A DNA stretch of 64,000 nucleotides from an uncultured Odoribacter sp. (GTDB taxonomy: Bacteria; Bacteroidota; Bacteroidia; Bacteroidales; Marinifilaceae), in assembly GCA_964567845.1 (NCBI GenBank), contig CAZMOG010000001.1, positions 34,540 to 98,539 on the forward strand, read 5' to 3'. Positions 28,118 to 37,312 of the stretch are shown here, piece by piece. Position 1 is the first letter of the stretch; each line of letters starts with the position of its first letter. A program made the translations under genes and the position numbers. The notes beneath the pieces were generated by a model that saw only the letters and a program-made list of their open reading frames with translations, ran no database searches and was not told the DNA's origin.

Positions 28118-29557
28118 TTAGAACTCTGCGTTCTTTGGGAATCTTGGGAAAGGAATTACGTCGCGAATGTTTGTCATTCCGGTTACGAAAAGAAGCAAAC
28201 GCTCAAATCCCAATCCAAATCCACTATGGGGTGCTGAACCATATCTGCGAGTATCCAGATAATACTGCATACCCTCGACAGGAATTCCCACCTCGTTCAT
28301 ACGAGCTACCAACTTATCGTAATCCTCCTCGCGCTGAGAACCTCCTACAATCTCTCCAATTTGTGGGAACAATACATCCATTGCAGCAACTGTCTTACCA
28401 TCAGGGTTCTGTTTCATATAGAAAGCCTTGATCTCCATTGGATAGTCGATAAGGATTACCGGCTTCTTGAAGTGCTTCTCTACCAAATAACGCTCGTGCT
28501 CGCTTTGTAAATCAACCCCCCACTCATTTACCGGATACTTGAACTTACCACTCTTGTTTGGCTTAGAGTTTTTCAAAATATCAATAGCCTCGGTATATGT
28601 CAAACGGACAAAGTCATTCTGAAGGACAAAACGAAGTTTCTCTACAAGCTCCATTGTACGCTCCTCTGCCTTCTTGTTCTTCTCCTCCTCTTGAAGACGC
28701 TTACTCAAGAACTGCAAATCATCCATGCAGTTATCCAACGCATACTGCAACAAATACTTCAAAAAGTCCTCGACCAAATCCATATTATCCTTCAAATCAT
28801 AGAAGGCCATCTCGGGCTCAATCATCCAGAACTCAGACAAGTGGCGGCTTGTATTTGAATTCTCTGCGCGGAAAGTAGGTCCAAAGGTATAAATCTTACC
28901 AAGAGCCATTGCTCCCAACTCTCCCTCAAGCTGTCCGCTAACGGTCAAATTTGTAGCCTTGCCAAAGAAATCCTGCTTGTAATCAACAGAACCATCCTCG
29001 TTCAATGGTGGATTCTTAGGATCCAATGTTGTTACACGGAACATCTCTCCTGCACCCTCGCAATCCGATGCAGTAATCAATGGTGAGTTCCAATATACAA
29101 ATCCATGCTCATTGAAATATTTGTGAATTGCAAATGCCATTGCATTTCTCATTCTGAAAATTGCACCAAAAAGATTGGTACGCATACGCAAATGTGCAAC
29201 CTCACGCAAAAACTCCAAACTGTGTTTCTTGGGCTGAATTGGATATGTTTCAGGATCTGCCTCGCCCATAACCGTCAACTCCTTTGCAATCACCTCGCAA
29301 GCTTGCCCACTACCTGCACTCGGTACCAACATACCTGTTACCGACAATGCTGCTCCTGTTGTTACCTTTTTCAATGGCTCCTCGCCAAAATTCTCAACAT
29401 CGACAACAATCTGGATATTATTGATTGTTGAACCATCGTTCAACGCTATAAAGTTTACCTGCTTGTTTCCGCGCCTATTGCGCACCCATCCCTGTACGGT
29501 TACCATCTGCTCCTTAGGCTCAGTAACCAACAACTCTTTAATGCTTTGTGTAATCAT
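28118..29557 (-). CDS. asnS: Asparagine--tRNA ligase
   Basis: Has an OB-fold N-terminus ([25 protein letters not shown]) and class II motifs [19 protein letters not shown] and [15 protein letters not shown]. Confidence 0.95.
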   Translation of the reverse strand: MITQSIKELLVTEPKEQMVTVQGWVRNRRGNKQVNFIALNDGSTINNIQIVVDVENFGEEPLKKVTTGAALSVTGMLVPSAGSGQACEVIAKELTVMGEADPETYPIQPKKHSLEFLREVAHLRMRTNLFGAIFRMRNAMAFAIHKYFNEHGFVYWNSPLITASDCEGAGEMFRVTTLDPKNPPLNEDGSVDYKQDFFGKATNLTVSGQLEGELGAMALGKIYTFGPTFRAENSNTSRHLSEFWMIEPEMAFYDLKDNMDLVEDFLKYLLQYALDNCMDDLQFLSKRLQEEEKNKKAEERTMELVEKLRFVLQNDFVRLTYTEAIDILKNSKPNKSGKFKYPVNEWGVDLQSEHERYLVEKHFKKPVILIDYPMEIKAFYMKQNPDGKTVAAMDVLFPQIGEIVGGSQREEDYDKLVARMNEVGIPVEGMQYYLDTRRYGSAPHSGFGLGFERLLLFVTGMTNIRDVIPFPRFPKNAEF

Positions 29558-29634
29558 ACCTTATATAAAATATCTTCCAAGGTGCGAAATTAATGTTTTT
29601 ACTCCGCACCTACAAATTATTTTTCCAAAAGTGG

Positions 29635-29642
29635 TACTTTTG
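29635..29642 (+). promoter_or_regulatory. -7 promoter box TACTTTTG for hemW
   Basis: Matches TAnnTTTG, 9 nt upstream of the ATG at 29651. Confidence 0.5.
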
Positions 29643-29650
29643 TCCAAGAT

Positions 29651-30790
29651 ATGAGTCTATACGTACACATACCCTTCTGCCACTCCAAGTGCGCCTACTG
29701 CGGATTTTACTCTGTAGCAGGCAATACTCTGCGCCAAGATTGGCTCGATGCTTTATGTTATGAAATTGTAGCAAGAAAAGAGGAACAAGGCATCGAAACG
29801 ACTCACAACACTCTTTATTTTGGAGGTGGGACACCCTCGATGCTTACCGCTGATGAGTGGCACAGAATTATTGGATGCATTGAAGAGAATTATCATATTT
29901 CACCCAATGCCGAACGAACATTGGAAGCAAACCCCGAAGATATAACACCACAAAACACAGCTTTATGGAAAAAACTTGGTTTTAATCGACTTAGTATAGG
30001 TGTGCAATCTTTAAACAACAACGCACTTAAGGCCTCGAACAGAAGGCACTCCGCAACAGAGGCCCGCACTGCCATAGAAACAGCTTTAAGCGCATCTTTT
30101 CAAAACATTGGGGTGGACTTTATAATTGGATTGCCAAACTCAGAAGAAAGTGACATTAAATTAACAGAGAGACTGTTACATGAATTACCAATTACCCATG
30201 TTTCTCTCTACATTTTATCAATAGACGAGGGCTCAATTCTTTACAAGAAGGCTCAACAGGGAAAATTCACACCCCTATCCGACGACAAAGAGGCTGAGTT
30301 ATACAAAGAGTATTGCCACATGATAACCAATGCAGGATTTGAACACTACGAGATTTCAAACTTTGCAAAACCGGGATTCCGTTCACGTCACAACTCTGTA
30401 TATTGGGAGCAGAAACCATATTTGGGATTTGGAGCTGCCGCCCACTCATACAATGGCGAAAAATGCAGACAATGGAATATTGCCAATATTAAAAAATATT
30501 GCGAAGCATGGTTAACAAATCCGCCATCGCCCGAAAACGGATATGAAAAGGAGATTCTTGAAAATAGAGACTTGTACAATGAGCTTATAATGACCGGACT
30601 TAGAACTGCTAATGGTATTTCCATACAAACATTGGAATCGGAAAGGTTCAAAAAATATTGGAATTCAAACAAAGAGGCATTGCAGAAATACATGGAACGT
30701 GGGGTTATTAGAATTGAACGGGACAGAGTGCAACTAACAGAAGATGGGTGGCTTATTTCCGATGCCATATTTACAGACCTCTTTTACTGA
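29651..30790 (+). CDS. hemW: Radical SAM family heme chaperone HemW (HemN-like, oxygen-independent coproporphyrinogen oxidase family)
   Basis: Has the radical SAM cluster motif YVHIPFCHSKCAYCGF, then YFGGGTPS and a HemN C-terminal-like domain. Confidence 0.88.
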   Translation: MSLYVHIPFCHSKCAYCGFYSVAGNTLRQDWLDALCYEIVARKEEQGIETTHNTLYFGGGTPSMLTADEWHRIIGCIEENYHISPNAERTLEANPEDITPQNTALWKKLGFNRLSIGVQSLNNNALKASNRRHSATEARTAIETALSASFQNIGVDFIIGLPNSEESDIKLTERLLHELPITHVSLYILSIDEGSILYKKAQQGKFTPLSDDKEAELYKEYCHMITNAGFEHYEISNFAKPGFRSRHNSVYWEQKPYLGFGAAAHSYNGEKCRQWNIANIKKYCEAWLTNPPSPENGYEKEILENRDLYNELIMTGLRTANGISIQTLESERFKKYWNSNKEALQKYMERGVIRIERDRVQLTEDGWLISDAIFTDLFY

Positions 30791-30844
30791 GATTTGGTAA
30801 AAATCATATTTTTTTGTATACTTGCTGTCTGTAAAAAAGCAAAG

Positions 30845-32194
30845 ATGAAGAAAGTAATAACATACGGAACATACGATTTGTTACACGAAGGACACATTAA
30901 TCTGCTTCAGCGAGCAAAGGCCCTTGGAGACTACCTGATTGTCGGAGTGACAAATGATAATTTTGATCGCGAAAGGGGCAAATTAAATGTCAGAAATAAC
31001 GTTTTGGAACGTGTAGAAGCAGTAAAAGCCCTCAATATTGCCGACCAGATAATCATTGAGGAGTATGTTGGTCAAAAGATCGATGATATTCAAAAGTATG
31101 GTGTCGATATCTTCACTGTCGGTTCCGATTGGGTCGGACATTTTGACTATCTAAAAGAGTTTTGCGAAGTTATATATCTCCCAAGAACCAAAGGAATCTC
31201 ATCAACAATGCTGCGCGAAGAGAGCCAGGGTATTGTTAAGTTGGGTGTTGTTGGATTAGGTAGAATTGCAAAACGTTTTATTGCAGAAACATCGCACGTA
31301 AGCGGAATTAGAGTCCAGGCTATTTATGATATAAACAAAAAGAACGTTGAGCAATATTGCAAGGAGAATCATTGCGAAGCACAGGCATGCGACTCCTTTA
31401 ATGAAATATTGCAACTTGCTGATGCTGTATATATTGCAACGCCACATCTTTCTCATTACGACTATTGTAAACAAGCTATATTGAGCCAAAAGCATGTAAT
31501 ATGTGAAACACCTCTCGTTTTAAACGGAGCCCAGGCAGAAGAGTTGTACAAGCTGGCAACAGAAAAAAAAGTAGTTCTGTTAGAGGCAAATAAAACAGCC
31601 CACTGTCCGGCATTCAACCACCTAATGGTCATGATTAAGAGTGGAGTTATAGGCGAGGTGGTTGATGTCGAGGCCTCGCTTTCAAAACTTTTAGCCGATA
31701 AAACCCTGCGCGAATTCGATGCAAGTCAAGCAGGAGGCTCAATGTATGAGTTGGGTTCATATCCACTTCTGCCTATTATAAAACTGATGGGCACAAATTA
31801 TGAAAGCTCCACCACTTACTCAAAAATTGAAAACGGAGTTGACATATACACAAAAGGAATGGTTCACTATCAACATGCAGTGTGCTCATATAAATTGGGA
31901 TTGGGCATCAAAACCGAGGGCAATCTAATTATTTCCGGCACAAAGGGATATGCCTACGTCCCAGCACCATGGTGGTTAACCGACTATTTCGAACTTCGCT
32001 ACGAGGACCAGAATCTCAACAAGAAATTCTTCTACAAATGGGATGGCGAGGGATTACGCTACGAGATACAAGAGTTTGTTTCATGCATATTCAACCAACG
32101 ATACAGTTCTGCACGCCTTTCACAAAAAGAGAGCATTGCCATTGCAAAACTCATGGAACAATTCACAAACAGAGTAAACCATATTGATCTATGA
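30845..32194 (+). CDS. Fusion protein: TagD-type (glycerol-3-phosphate-like) cytidylyltransferase N-domain + Gfo/Idh/MocA NAD(P)-oxidoreductase C-domain
   Basis: The N-domain has YGTYDLLHEGHINLL (HxGH) and RTKGISSTMLR (RTxGISTT-like). The C-domain has a Rossmann start VKLGVVGLGRIAKRF and an EKP-like CETPL segment. ATG taken at 30845. Confidence 0.8.
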   Translation: MKKVITYGTYDLLHEGHINLLQRAKALGDYLIVGVTNDNFDRERGKLNVRNNVLERVEAVKALNIADQIIIEEYVGQKIDDIQKYGVDIFTVGSDWVGHFDYLKEFCEVIYLPRTKGISSTMLREESQGIVKLGVVGLGRIAKRFIAETSHVSGIRVQAIYDINKKNVEQYCKENHCEAQACDSFNEILQLADAVYIATPHLSHYDYCKQAILSQKHVICETPLVLNGAQAEELYKLATEKKVVLLEANKTAHCPAFNHLMVMIKSGVIGEVVDVEASLSKLLADKTLREFDASQAGGSMYELGSYPLLPIIKLMGTNYESSTTYSKIENGVDIYTKGMVHYQHAVCSYKLGLGIKTEGNLIISGTKGYAYVPAPWWLTDYFELRYEDQNLNKKFFYKWDGEGLRYEIQEFVSCIFNQRYSSARLSQKESIAIAKLMEQFTNRVNHIDL

Positions 32195-32910
32195 AACAGG
32201 CTATAGTTACCGGCGGAACACAAGGTATTGGACTTGCTATTGCAGAAATTCTGCTCTGCGAAGGGTATTATGTCACCCTTACCTATGCCCATAACGCCAG
32301 AGCAGCAGAGGAGTGCATTACCAAACTTATACAACTTTCAGACAACTTTGAAATTGTCAAAGCCGACCAAAACAACAAAAACGATATGCAGCAACTTACC
32401 AAGCATATCTTAAAAAAAGGGAGAGTAGATTGTATTGTATGTAATGCCGGAACTACCCTTAGGAAAGGGCTGACGGAGATAACCAATGAAGAGTGGGAGC
32501 AGGAGATGCACACCAATGTCAATAGTAACCTGTTCTTGATTCGTGACCTTTTCTCCATTATAAAACCAAATTCACGAATCATTTTTATCGGCTCAGCGAT
32601 GGCCATATACCCACACGCAACCTCGATTTCTTATGGCGTTACCAAAGCAGCTCTACACGCATTAGCAAAAAATCTGGTTAAGTGCTTCGAGGGAACCGGA
32701 ACCACGGTTAACGCAATTGCTCCTGGATTTGTCGAGACAGAATGGCAAAAGAACAAACCTCAGGAAATTCGAGACAATATATGCAACAAGACTGCATTAA
32801 AACGCTTCGCCCATGCCGACGAGATTGCCTGTGCTGTTAAATTCTGCATAAACAATCAATTCGTTAACGGATCCATTATTGAAGTGAACGGAGGTTATAA
32901 TTTCAAGTAA
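32191..32910 (+). CDS. SDR family oxidoreductase
   Basis: Has TGGTQGIGLAIA (TGxxxGIG), NAG, and the catalytic YGVTKAAL (YxxxK). ATGA overlaps the fusion gene stop. Confidence 0.88.
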   Translation: MKQAIVTGGTQGIGLAIAEILLCEGYYVTLTYAHNARAAEECITKLIQLSDNFEIVKADQNNKNDMQQLTKHILKKGRVDCIVCNAGTTLRKGLTEITNEEWEQEMHTNVNSNLFLIRDLFSIIKPNSRIIFIGSAMAIYPHATSISYGVTKAALHALAKNLVKCFEGTGTTVNAIAPGFVETEWQKNKPQEIRDNICNKTALKRFAHADEIACAVKFCINNQFVNGSIIEVNGGYNFK

Positions 32911-32988
32911 AAAAGAGCTTTCTAACTGAAATATTGCAGGATAGCAAAGAAAATTCATGCAATTGTGTGTTTGTATTCATTTTTTTTA

Positions 32989-32996
32989 TAACTTTG
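32989..32996 (+). promoter_or_regulatory. -7 promoter box TAACTTTG for the rplM-rpsI transcript
   Basis: Matches TAnnTTTG and is preceded by a T-run. It predicts a 5' UTR of about 180 nt. Confidence 0.5.
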
Positions 32997-33002
32997 CGGT
33001 CC

Positions 33003-33180
33003 ATTTTGGAGTGGTGTGGATTTTAAACTGCACGACTGACCCTTAGCCAGTTGTCGTGCGGGCACACAAAGAGGAGATAGTTTTAGGTCTGCCCGGCCAA
33101 ACGCGTTTACTATCAATTCAATGTTGCATGATGCCCCTTCGGAATGACAAACAGAATGTTTAATTAAATTATTAAAAAAA
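33003..33180 (+). promoter_or_regulatory. Long structured 5' leader of rplM (candidate ribosomal-protein autoregulatory leader)
   Basis: Noncoding region of about 180 nt between the promoter box and the GTG start. It has stems GCACGAC/GTCGTGC (33030..33059) and CGGGCA/TGCCCG (33059..33095). Confidence 0.3.
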
Positions 33181-33639
33181 GTGGATCAAATTAGTTTCAA
33201 AACGGTATCGGTCAACAAAGCAACCGCTCAGAAAGAGTGGATTGTAATTGACGCAGAGAACCAAGTATTGGGACGTATGGCATCGAAAGTTGCGAAACTT
33301 TTGAGAGGAAAGTACAAGCCATCATTTACCCCAAATGTTGATTGCGGAGACAACGTAATCATTATCAATGCAGAGAAAATTATCTTCACCGGTGCAAAGA
33401 TGACCGAGAAGGAGTATGTACGTTACACAGGTTATCCAGGTGGACAGCGCAAAACTACTCCGGAGGCTCTTATCAAGGCTGGACACGCTGAGAGAATCAT
33501 TGAGCACGCTGTAAAGGGTATGCTTCCAAAGAATCGTCTAGGAAGAGCTATCATGAAGAACTTGTTCATCTACAACGGTAGTGAGCACAAGCATGAGGCA
33601 CAGCAACCAAAAGTTATTGACATTAACGCTATTAAATAA
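33181..33639 (+). CDS. rplM: 50S ribosomal protein L13
   Basis: GTG start. KEWIVIDAENQVLGRMASKVAKLLRGKYKPSFTP is the conserved L13 N-terminus. Confidence 0.93.
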   Translation: MDQISFKTVSVNKATAQKEWIVIDAENQVLGRMASKVAKLLRGKYKPSFTPNVDCGDNVIIINAEKIIFTGAKMTEKEYVRYTGYPGGQRKTTPEALIKAGHAERIIEHAVKGMLPKNRLGRAIMKNLFIYNGSEHKHEAQQPKVIDINAIK

Positions 33640-33650
33640 GGAGGATTGCT

Positions 33651-34037
33651 ATGGAGAAAGTTAATGCTACCGGAAGAAGAAAAGCAGCCGTTGCTCGCGT
33701 GTATATCACAGAGGGTAAAGGAAATATTACTATAAATAAGAAGGCGTTGGAGCAGTACTTCACTATTCCTACACTTCAGTATGTTGTTAAGCAGCCACTT
33801 GAGACTTTGAACGTTCTTGGCCAGTACGATATTACAGCTAATATTGTTGGAGGAGGTTTCACAGGTCAGGCAGAGGCTTTGCGTTTGGGAATTGCCCGCG
33901 CACTTGTAAAGATTAATGAGGAGGATAAAGCAGCTTTGCGTGCAGCAGGTTTCATGACTCGTGACCCACGTGAGGTTGAGCGTAAGAAGCCAGGACAGCC
34001 AAAGGCACGTCGTCGCTTCCAGTTCTCTAAACGTTAA
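33651..34037 (+). CDS. rpsI: 30S ribosomal protein S9
   Basis: Has GRRKAAVARV, GGGFTGQAEALRLGIARAL and the C-terminal KARRRFQFSKR. Confidence 0.95.
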   Translation: MEKVNATGRRKAAVARVYITEGKGNITINKKALEQYFTIPTLQYVVKQPLETLNVLGQYDITANIVGGGFTGQAEALRLGIARALVKINEEDKAALRAAGFMTRDPREVERKKPGQPKARRRFQFSKR

Positions 34038-34054
34038 TCGCAGTTTAGTATCTA

Positions 34055-34100
34055 AACCGACAGGACTCTTAGTAGTGATATTATTGACTACCGGTCGGTT
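34055..34100 (+). terminator. Extended hairpin between rpsI and rpsB (terminator or rpsB leader element)
   Basis: AACCGACAGG ... CCGGTCGGTT forms a 10-bp outer stem with 1 mismatch, enclosing an inner stem GTAGT/ACTAC. No clear T-run follows. Confidence 0.3.
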
Positions 34101-34138
34101 GATTAAATTAAGAATGTAAACTTTAAAACGAAAAAAAC

Positions 34139-34903
34139 ATGTCAGTTAAAAACTTTGACGAGTTATTAAATGCAGGTTGCCACTTCGGCCACTTGACAAA
34201 GAAATGGAATCCAAAAATGGCTCCTTATATTTTCATGGAGCAAAACGATATCCACATTATCGACTTGAACAAAACATCAGTTCAGTTGGACAAGGCTGCT
34301 GCTGCTTTGAAGCAGATTGCTAAGTCTGGTCGTAAAATTCTGTTTGTTGCAACAAAGAAACAGGCTAAGGAGATTGTTGCAGAGAAAATTGGAAACGTTA
34401 ATATGCCATACGTTATCGAGAGATGGCCAGGTGGTATGTTGACAAACTTCCCTACTATCCGTAAGGCAGTTAAAAAGATGACCTCTATTGACAAGATGGA
34501 GAAGGATGGAACATTCGACCACCTTTCAAAGAGAGAGAAATTGCAAATTTCACGTCAGCGTGCAAAGTTGGAGAAGAACTTAGGTTCAATTAAAGATTTG
34601 TCACGCCTTCCGGCTGCATTGTTCATCATTGACGTAATGAAGGAGCACATTGCAGTAAAAGAGGCTAAGGCTTTGGGAATTCCAGTATTTGCTATGGTAG
34701 ATACAAACTCAGATCCTACCCCAATCGACTTCATTATCCCATGTAACGATGACGCTTCTACTTCAATCAGCTACATCCTTGACTACGTTACAGCTTCTAT
34801 TGCAGAGGGTTTGAACGAGCGCAAGGCTGAAAAGGAGAAAGAGGATGATAAAAAGGCAGCTCCTAAGAAAATAGAGAAAGTTGCTGAGTCTGAGAACATT
34901 TAA
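34139..34903 (+). CDS. rpsB: 30S ribosomal protein S2
   Basis: Has LLNAGCHFGHLTKKWNPKMAPYIF and ERWPGGMLTNF, plus an acidic/Lys-rich tail. Confidence 0.95.
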   Translation: MSVKNFDELLNAGCHFGHLTKKWNPKMAPYIFMEQNDIHIIDLNKTSVQLDKAAAALKQIAKSGRKILFVATKKQAKEIVAEKIGNVNMPYVIERWPGGMLTNFPTIRKAVKKMTSIDKMEKDGTFDHLSKREKLQISRQRAKLEKNLGSIKDLSRLPAALFIIDVMKEHIAVKEAKALGIPVFAMVDTNSDPTPIDFIIPCNDDASTSISYILDYVTASIAEGLNERKAEKEKEDDKKAAPKKIEKVAESENI

Positions 34904-34914
34904 TTTTAAACACG

Positions 34915-35733
34915 ATGGAGATTAAAGCAGCAGACGTAATGAAGTTGCGTAAAGCAACTAATGCAGGAATGATGGACTGTAAGAAGGCTCTTATCGAGGC
35001 AGAGGGAAACTTCGACGCAGCAGTAGATATTATTCGTAAGAAAGGTTTGGCTATCGCTGCAAAGCGTGCTGACCGCGAGGCTAAAGAGGGTTGCGTAATT
35101 GCAATTGCTAATGGTAACAAGGGAGTTGTTGTTAGCTTGAATTGCGAGACCGACTTCGTAGCTAAGAACGAGGGCTTTATTGCTCTTACAAAGAAAATTG
35201 CAGAGCTTGCATTGGAGACAATGCCTGCAGATTTGGAGGCTCTCTTGGCTCTTCAGATGGACGGACGCTCAATTGCAGACATCGTGTCTGAGCAGACAGG
35301 TGTTATCGGTGAGAAGATTGAGTTGAGCTACTACAGCAAGATTGAGGCTGAGGATACAGTTGCGTACATCCACCCAGGAAACAAGTTGGCTACAGTTGTT
35401 GGATTCAACAAGGCTGCTGACGAGGTTGCTAAGAAGGATGTTGCTATGCAGGTTGCAGCTATGGCTCCTATCTCTGTTAGCGAGGCTGACGTTCCTGCCG
35501 ATGTTCGTGAGCACGAGCTTCAGATTGGTCGTGAGAAAGCTCGCGAGGAGGGTAAGCCAGAGGCTATGCTTGACAGAATTGCCGAGGGTCGTTTGAACCG
35601 TTTCTACAAGGATTCTACTTTGTTGAATCAGGATTTCATTAAGGATGGTAAAATGTCTGTTAAGGCTTATTTGCAGAGCTTCGACAAGGATCTTACTGTG
35701 ACAGGATTTATCCGTTTCACATTGAACGCATAA
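34915..35733 (+). CDS. tsf: Translation elongation factor Ts
   Basis: Has a UBA-like N-terminus (VMKLRKATNAGMMDCKKALIEAEGNFDAAVDIIRKKG) and LNCETDFVAKNEGF. Confidence 0.93.
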   Translation: MEIKAADVMKLRKATNAGMMDCKKALIEAEGNFDAAVDIIRKKGLAIAAKRADREAKEGCVIAIANGNKGVVVSLNCETDFVAKNEGFIALTKKIAELALETMPADLEALLALQMDGRSIADIVSEQTGVIGEKIELSYYSKIEAEDTVAYIHPGNKLATVVGFNKAADEVAKKDVAMQVAAMAPISVSEADVPADVREHELQIGREKAREEGKPEAMLDRIAEGRLNRFYKDSTLLNQDFIKDGKMSVKAYLQSFDKDLTVTGFIRFTLNA

Positions 35734-35753
35734 TCTGATAACAGATTCCAAAT

Positions 35754-35788
35754 AAAAAACCGATTAGAAATTTTCTAATCGGTTTTTT
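35754..35788. terminator. Bidirectional intrinsic terminator between tsf and the LAB_N-domain membrane protein gene
   Basis: AAAAAACCGATTAGAAATTTTCTAATCGGTTTTTT is a near-perfect palindrome with an A-run on one side and a T-run on the other. Confidence 0.8.
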
Positions 35789-35789
35789 A

Positions 35790-36503
35790 TTACTCTTCGT
35801 GGTGGTGATGACCGATATTGCGAATAATTCTGAATATGCGAATATTCTTGATTCGGTCAACCTTTTTCTTATAATCGCTATTATCGCCCTTAAAGTGTAA
35901 CCAGATATTACGGCTATATGCTATAACGGCAGGAACATGCCCGGCAATCAAAGCCCAATCCTCACGAATCACTGCATAAACAATAATAATAAGCGAAGCG
36001 GCAATACTCATCATCCAAAAGAAAGGGGGCAAAACCGACTCCTTCTTGTTCACTGAGTAGTGCCATTGATAAACAAAACGAATCGCATAGATAAACTGAC
36101 CTATAACTCCCAATGATAACAACCATAAAGGGATACTGAAGTTTCTAAAGAACTTATCTACAAATGCGTTATAATCAGTTACCGCCATTGGAATAATTAC
36201 AACAGGCAAAATCAGAATAATCCATTGAATGACTCCGGGAACCTTTTGCCAGCTACCCTTCATCTTCAAGTTCCAGATAAATATATAGTAGGTAACCAAT
36301 TGTCCGAAGATAATAGAAAAATCATCGCGAATCCAACCATAAACCGCTAGAAGATATGTTGCGGCAAGACTGAGTTCCCAATAAATTGTTGGTGAAACGA
36401 CCTTCTTGGCCCGTTCCGACAATATCCACTGCAAAATAACACGCGCAGAGAATAGTGCTTGAGCAAAGATTCCAATAAAAAATACCCACCAATCAAACTC
36501 CAT
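35790..36503 (-). CDS. Membrane protein with two lipid-A-disaccharide-synthase N-terminal (LAB_N) type domains
   Basis: A motif is repeated twice: FAQALFSARVILQWILSERAKK and IGQFIYAIRFVYQWHYSVNKKES. The protein is polytopic and ends in HHHHEE. Confidence 0.65.
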   Translation of the reverse strand: MEFDWWVFFIGIFAQALFSARVILQWILSERAKKVVSPTIYWELSLAATYLLAVYGWIRDDFSIIFGQLVTYYIFIWNLKMKGSWQKVPGVIQWIILILPVVIIPMAVTDYNAFVDKFFRNFSIPLWLLSLGVIGQFIYAIRFVYQWHYSVNKKESVLPPFFWMMSIAASLIIIVYAVIREDWALIAGHVPAVIAYSRNIWLHFKGDNSDYKKKVDRIKNIRIFRIIRNIGHHHHEE

Positions 36504-36550
36504 GACCTAAATTGAAATTACCGAGTGCAAAATTAATTAATTTCTTTCAT

Positions 36551-36558
36551 TATCTTTG
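36551..36558 (+). promoter_or_regulatory. -7 promoter box TATCTTTG for pyrH
   Basis: Matches TAnnTTTG. The track's TTG start at 36556 lies within the box. The ATG at 36586 follows. Confidence 0.5.
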
Positions 36559-36585
36559 TCCATAGAAACGAATTGCTTTATAATT

Positions 36586-37290
36586 ATGAAGTACAAAAGA
36601 ATACTACTAAAACTTAGCGGAGAGTCTCTAATGGGAGAACAGCGCTATGGCATTGACGTTAAGAGAGTTGAAAGTTATGCACGCCAAATTAAGGCAGTTG
36701 CAGAGCAGGGTGTTCAAATTGGAATTGTTATCGGTGGAGGTAACATTTTCCGAGGTATGAGCGGTTCTAAAAAGGGATTTGACCGCGTAAAAGGCGATAA
36801 TATGGGTATGTTGGCTACCGTAATCAACAGTTTAGCTCTGAGTTGCGCACTTGAAAATGAGCAGTGCAAGAACAAAGTTTTGACAGCAATTCGAATGGAA
36901 CCTATCGGAGAATTCTATTCAAAAGCTAAGGCCGTTGAGTATTTGGAGAACGGCTATGTTACTATTTTCAGTGCAGGAACCGGAAATCCATACTTTACCA
37001 CCGACACCGGAAGTAGCTTGCGAGCAATTGAAATCGAGGCCGACGCAATGTTGAAAGGAACTCGCGTTGACGGAATCTATACCGCCGACCCTGAAAAGGA
37101 TCCTAATGCAATAAAGTTTGATAAAATCACATACGACGAGATATACAATAAGGGACTTAAGGTTATGGATCTTACAGCCACTACAATGTGTAAAGAGAAC
37201 AACTTGCCTATCGAAGTTTTCAATATGGACATCGAGGGTAATTTGGAGAAATTGATGAATGGAGAGCAGATTGGCACTCTTGTTTATTGA
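36586..37290 (+). CDS. pyrH: UMP kinase
   Basis: Has YKRILLKLSGESL, VIGGGNIFRG, and FSAGTGNPYFTTDT. Confidence 0.93.
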   Translation: MKYKRILLKLSGESLMGEQRYGIDVKRVESYARQIKAVAEQGVQIGIVIGGGNIFRGMSGSKKGFDRVKGDNMGMLATVINSLALSCALENEQCKNKVLTAIRMEPIGEFYSKAKAVEYLENGYVTIFSAGTGNPYFTTDTGSSLRAIEIEADAMLKGTRVDGIYTADPEKDPNAIKFDKITYDEIYNKGLKVMDLTATTMCKENNLPIEVFNMDIEGNLEKLMNGEQIGTLVY

Positions 37291-37312
37291 TATCACATAA
37301 GTTGTAGTTTTG

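Noticed and set aside
28114-28431. Plus-strand ORFs inside asnS (28114..28431, 28597..28878, 29105..29431)
   Set aside because: They are antisense to asnS. The Pro/Ser/Thr-rich mirror-frame composition is typical of shadow ORFs.
35269-35751. 160-aa minus-strand ORF inside tsf, and 168-aa minus-strand ORF 36919..37425 across pyrH/dxs
   Set aside because: They are antisense to highly conserved housekeeping genes, with no independent promoter box or motif.
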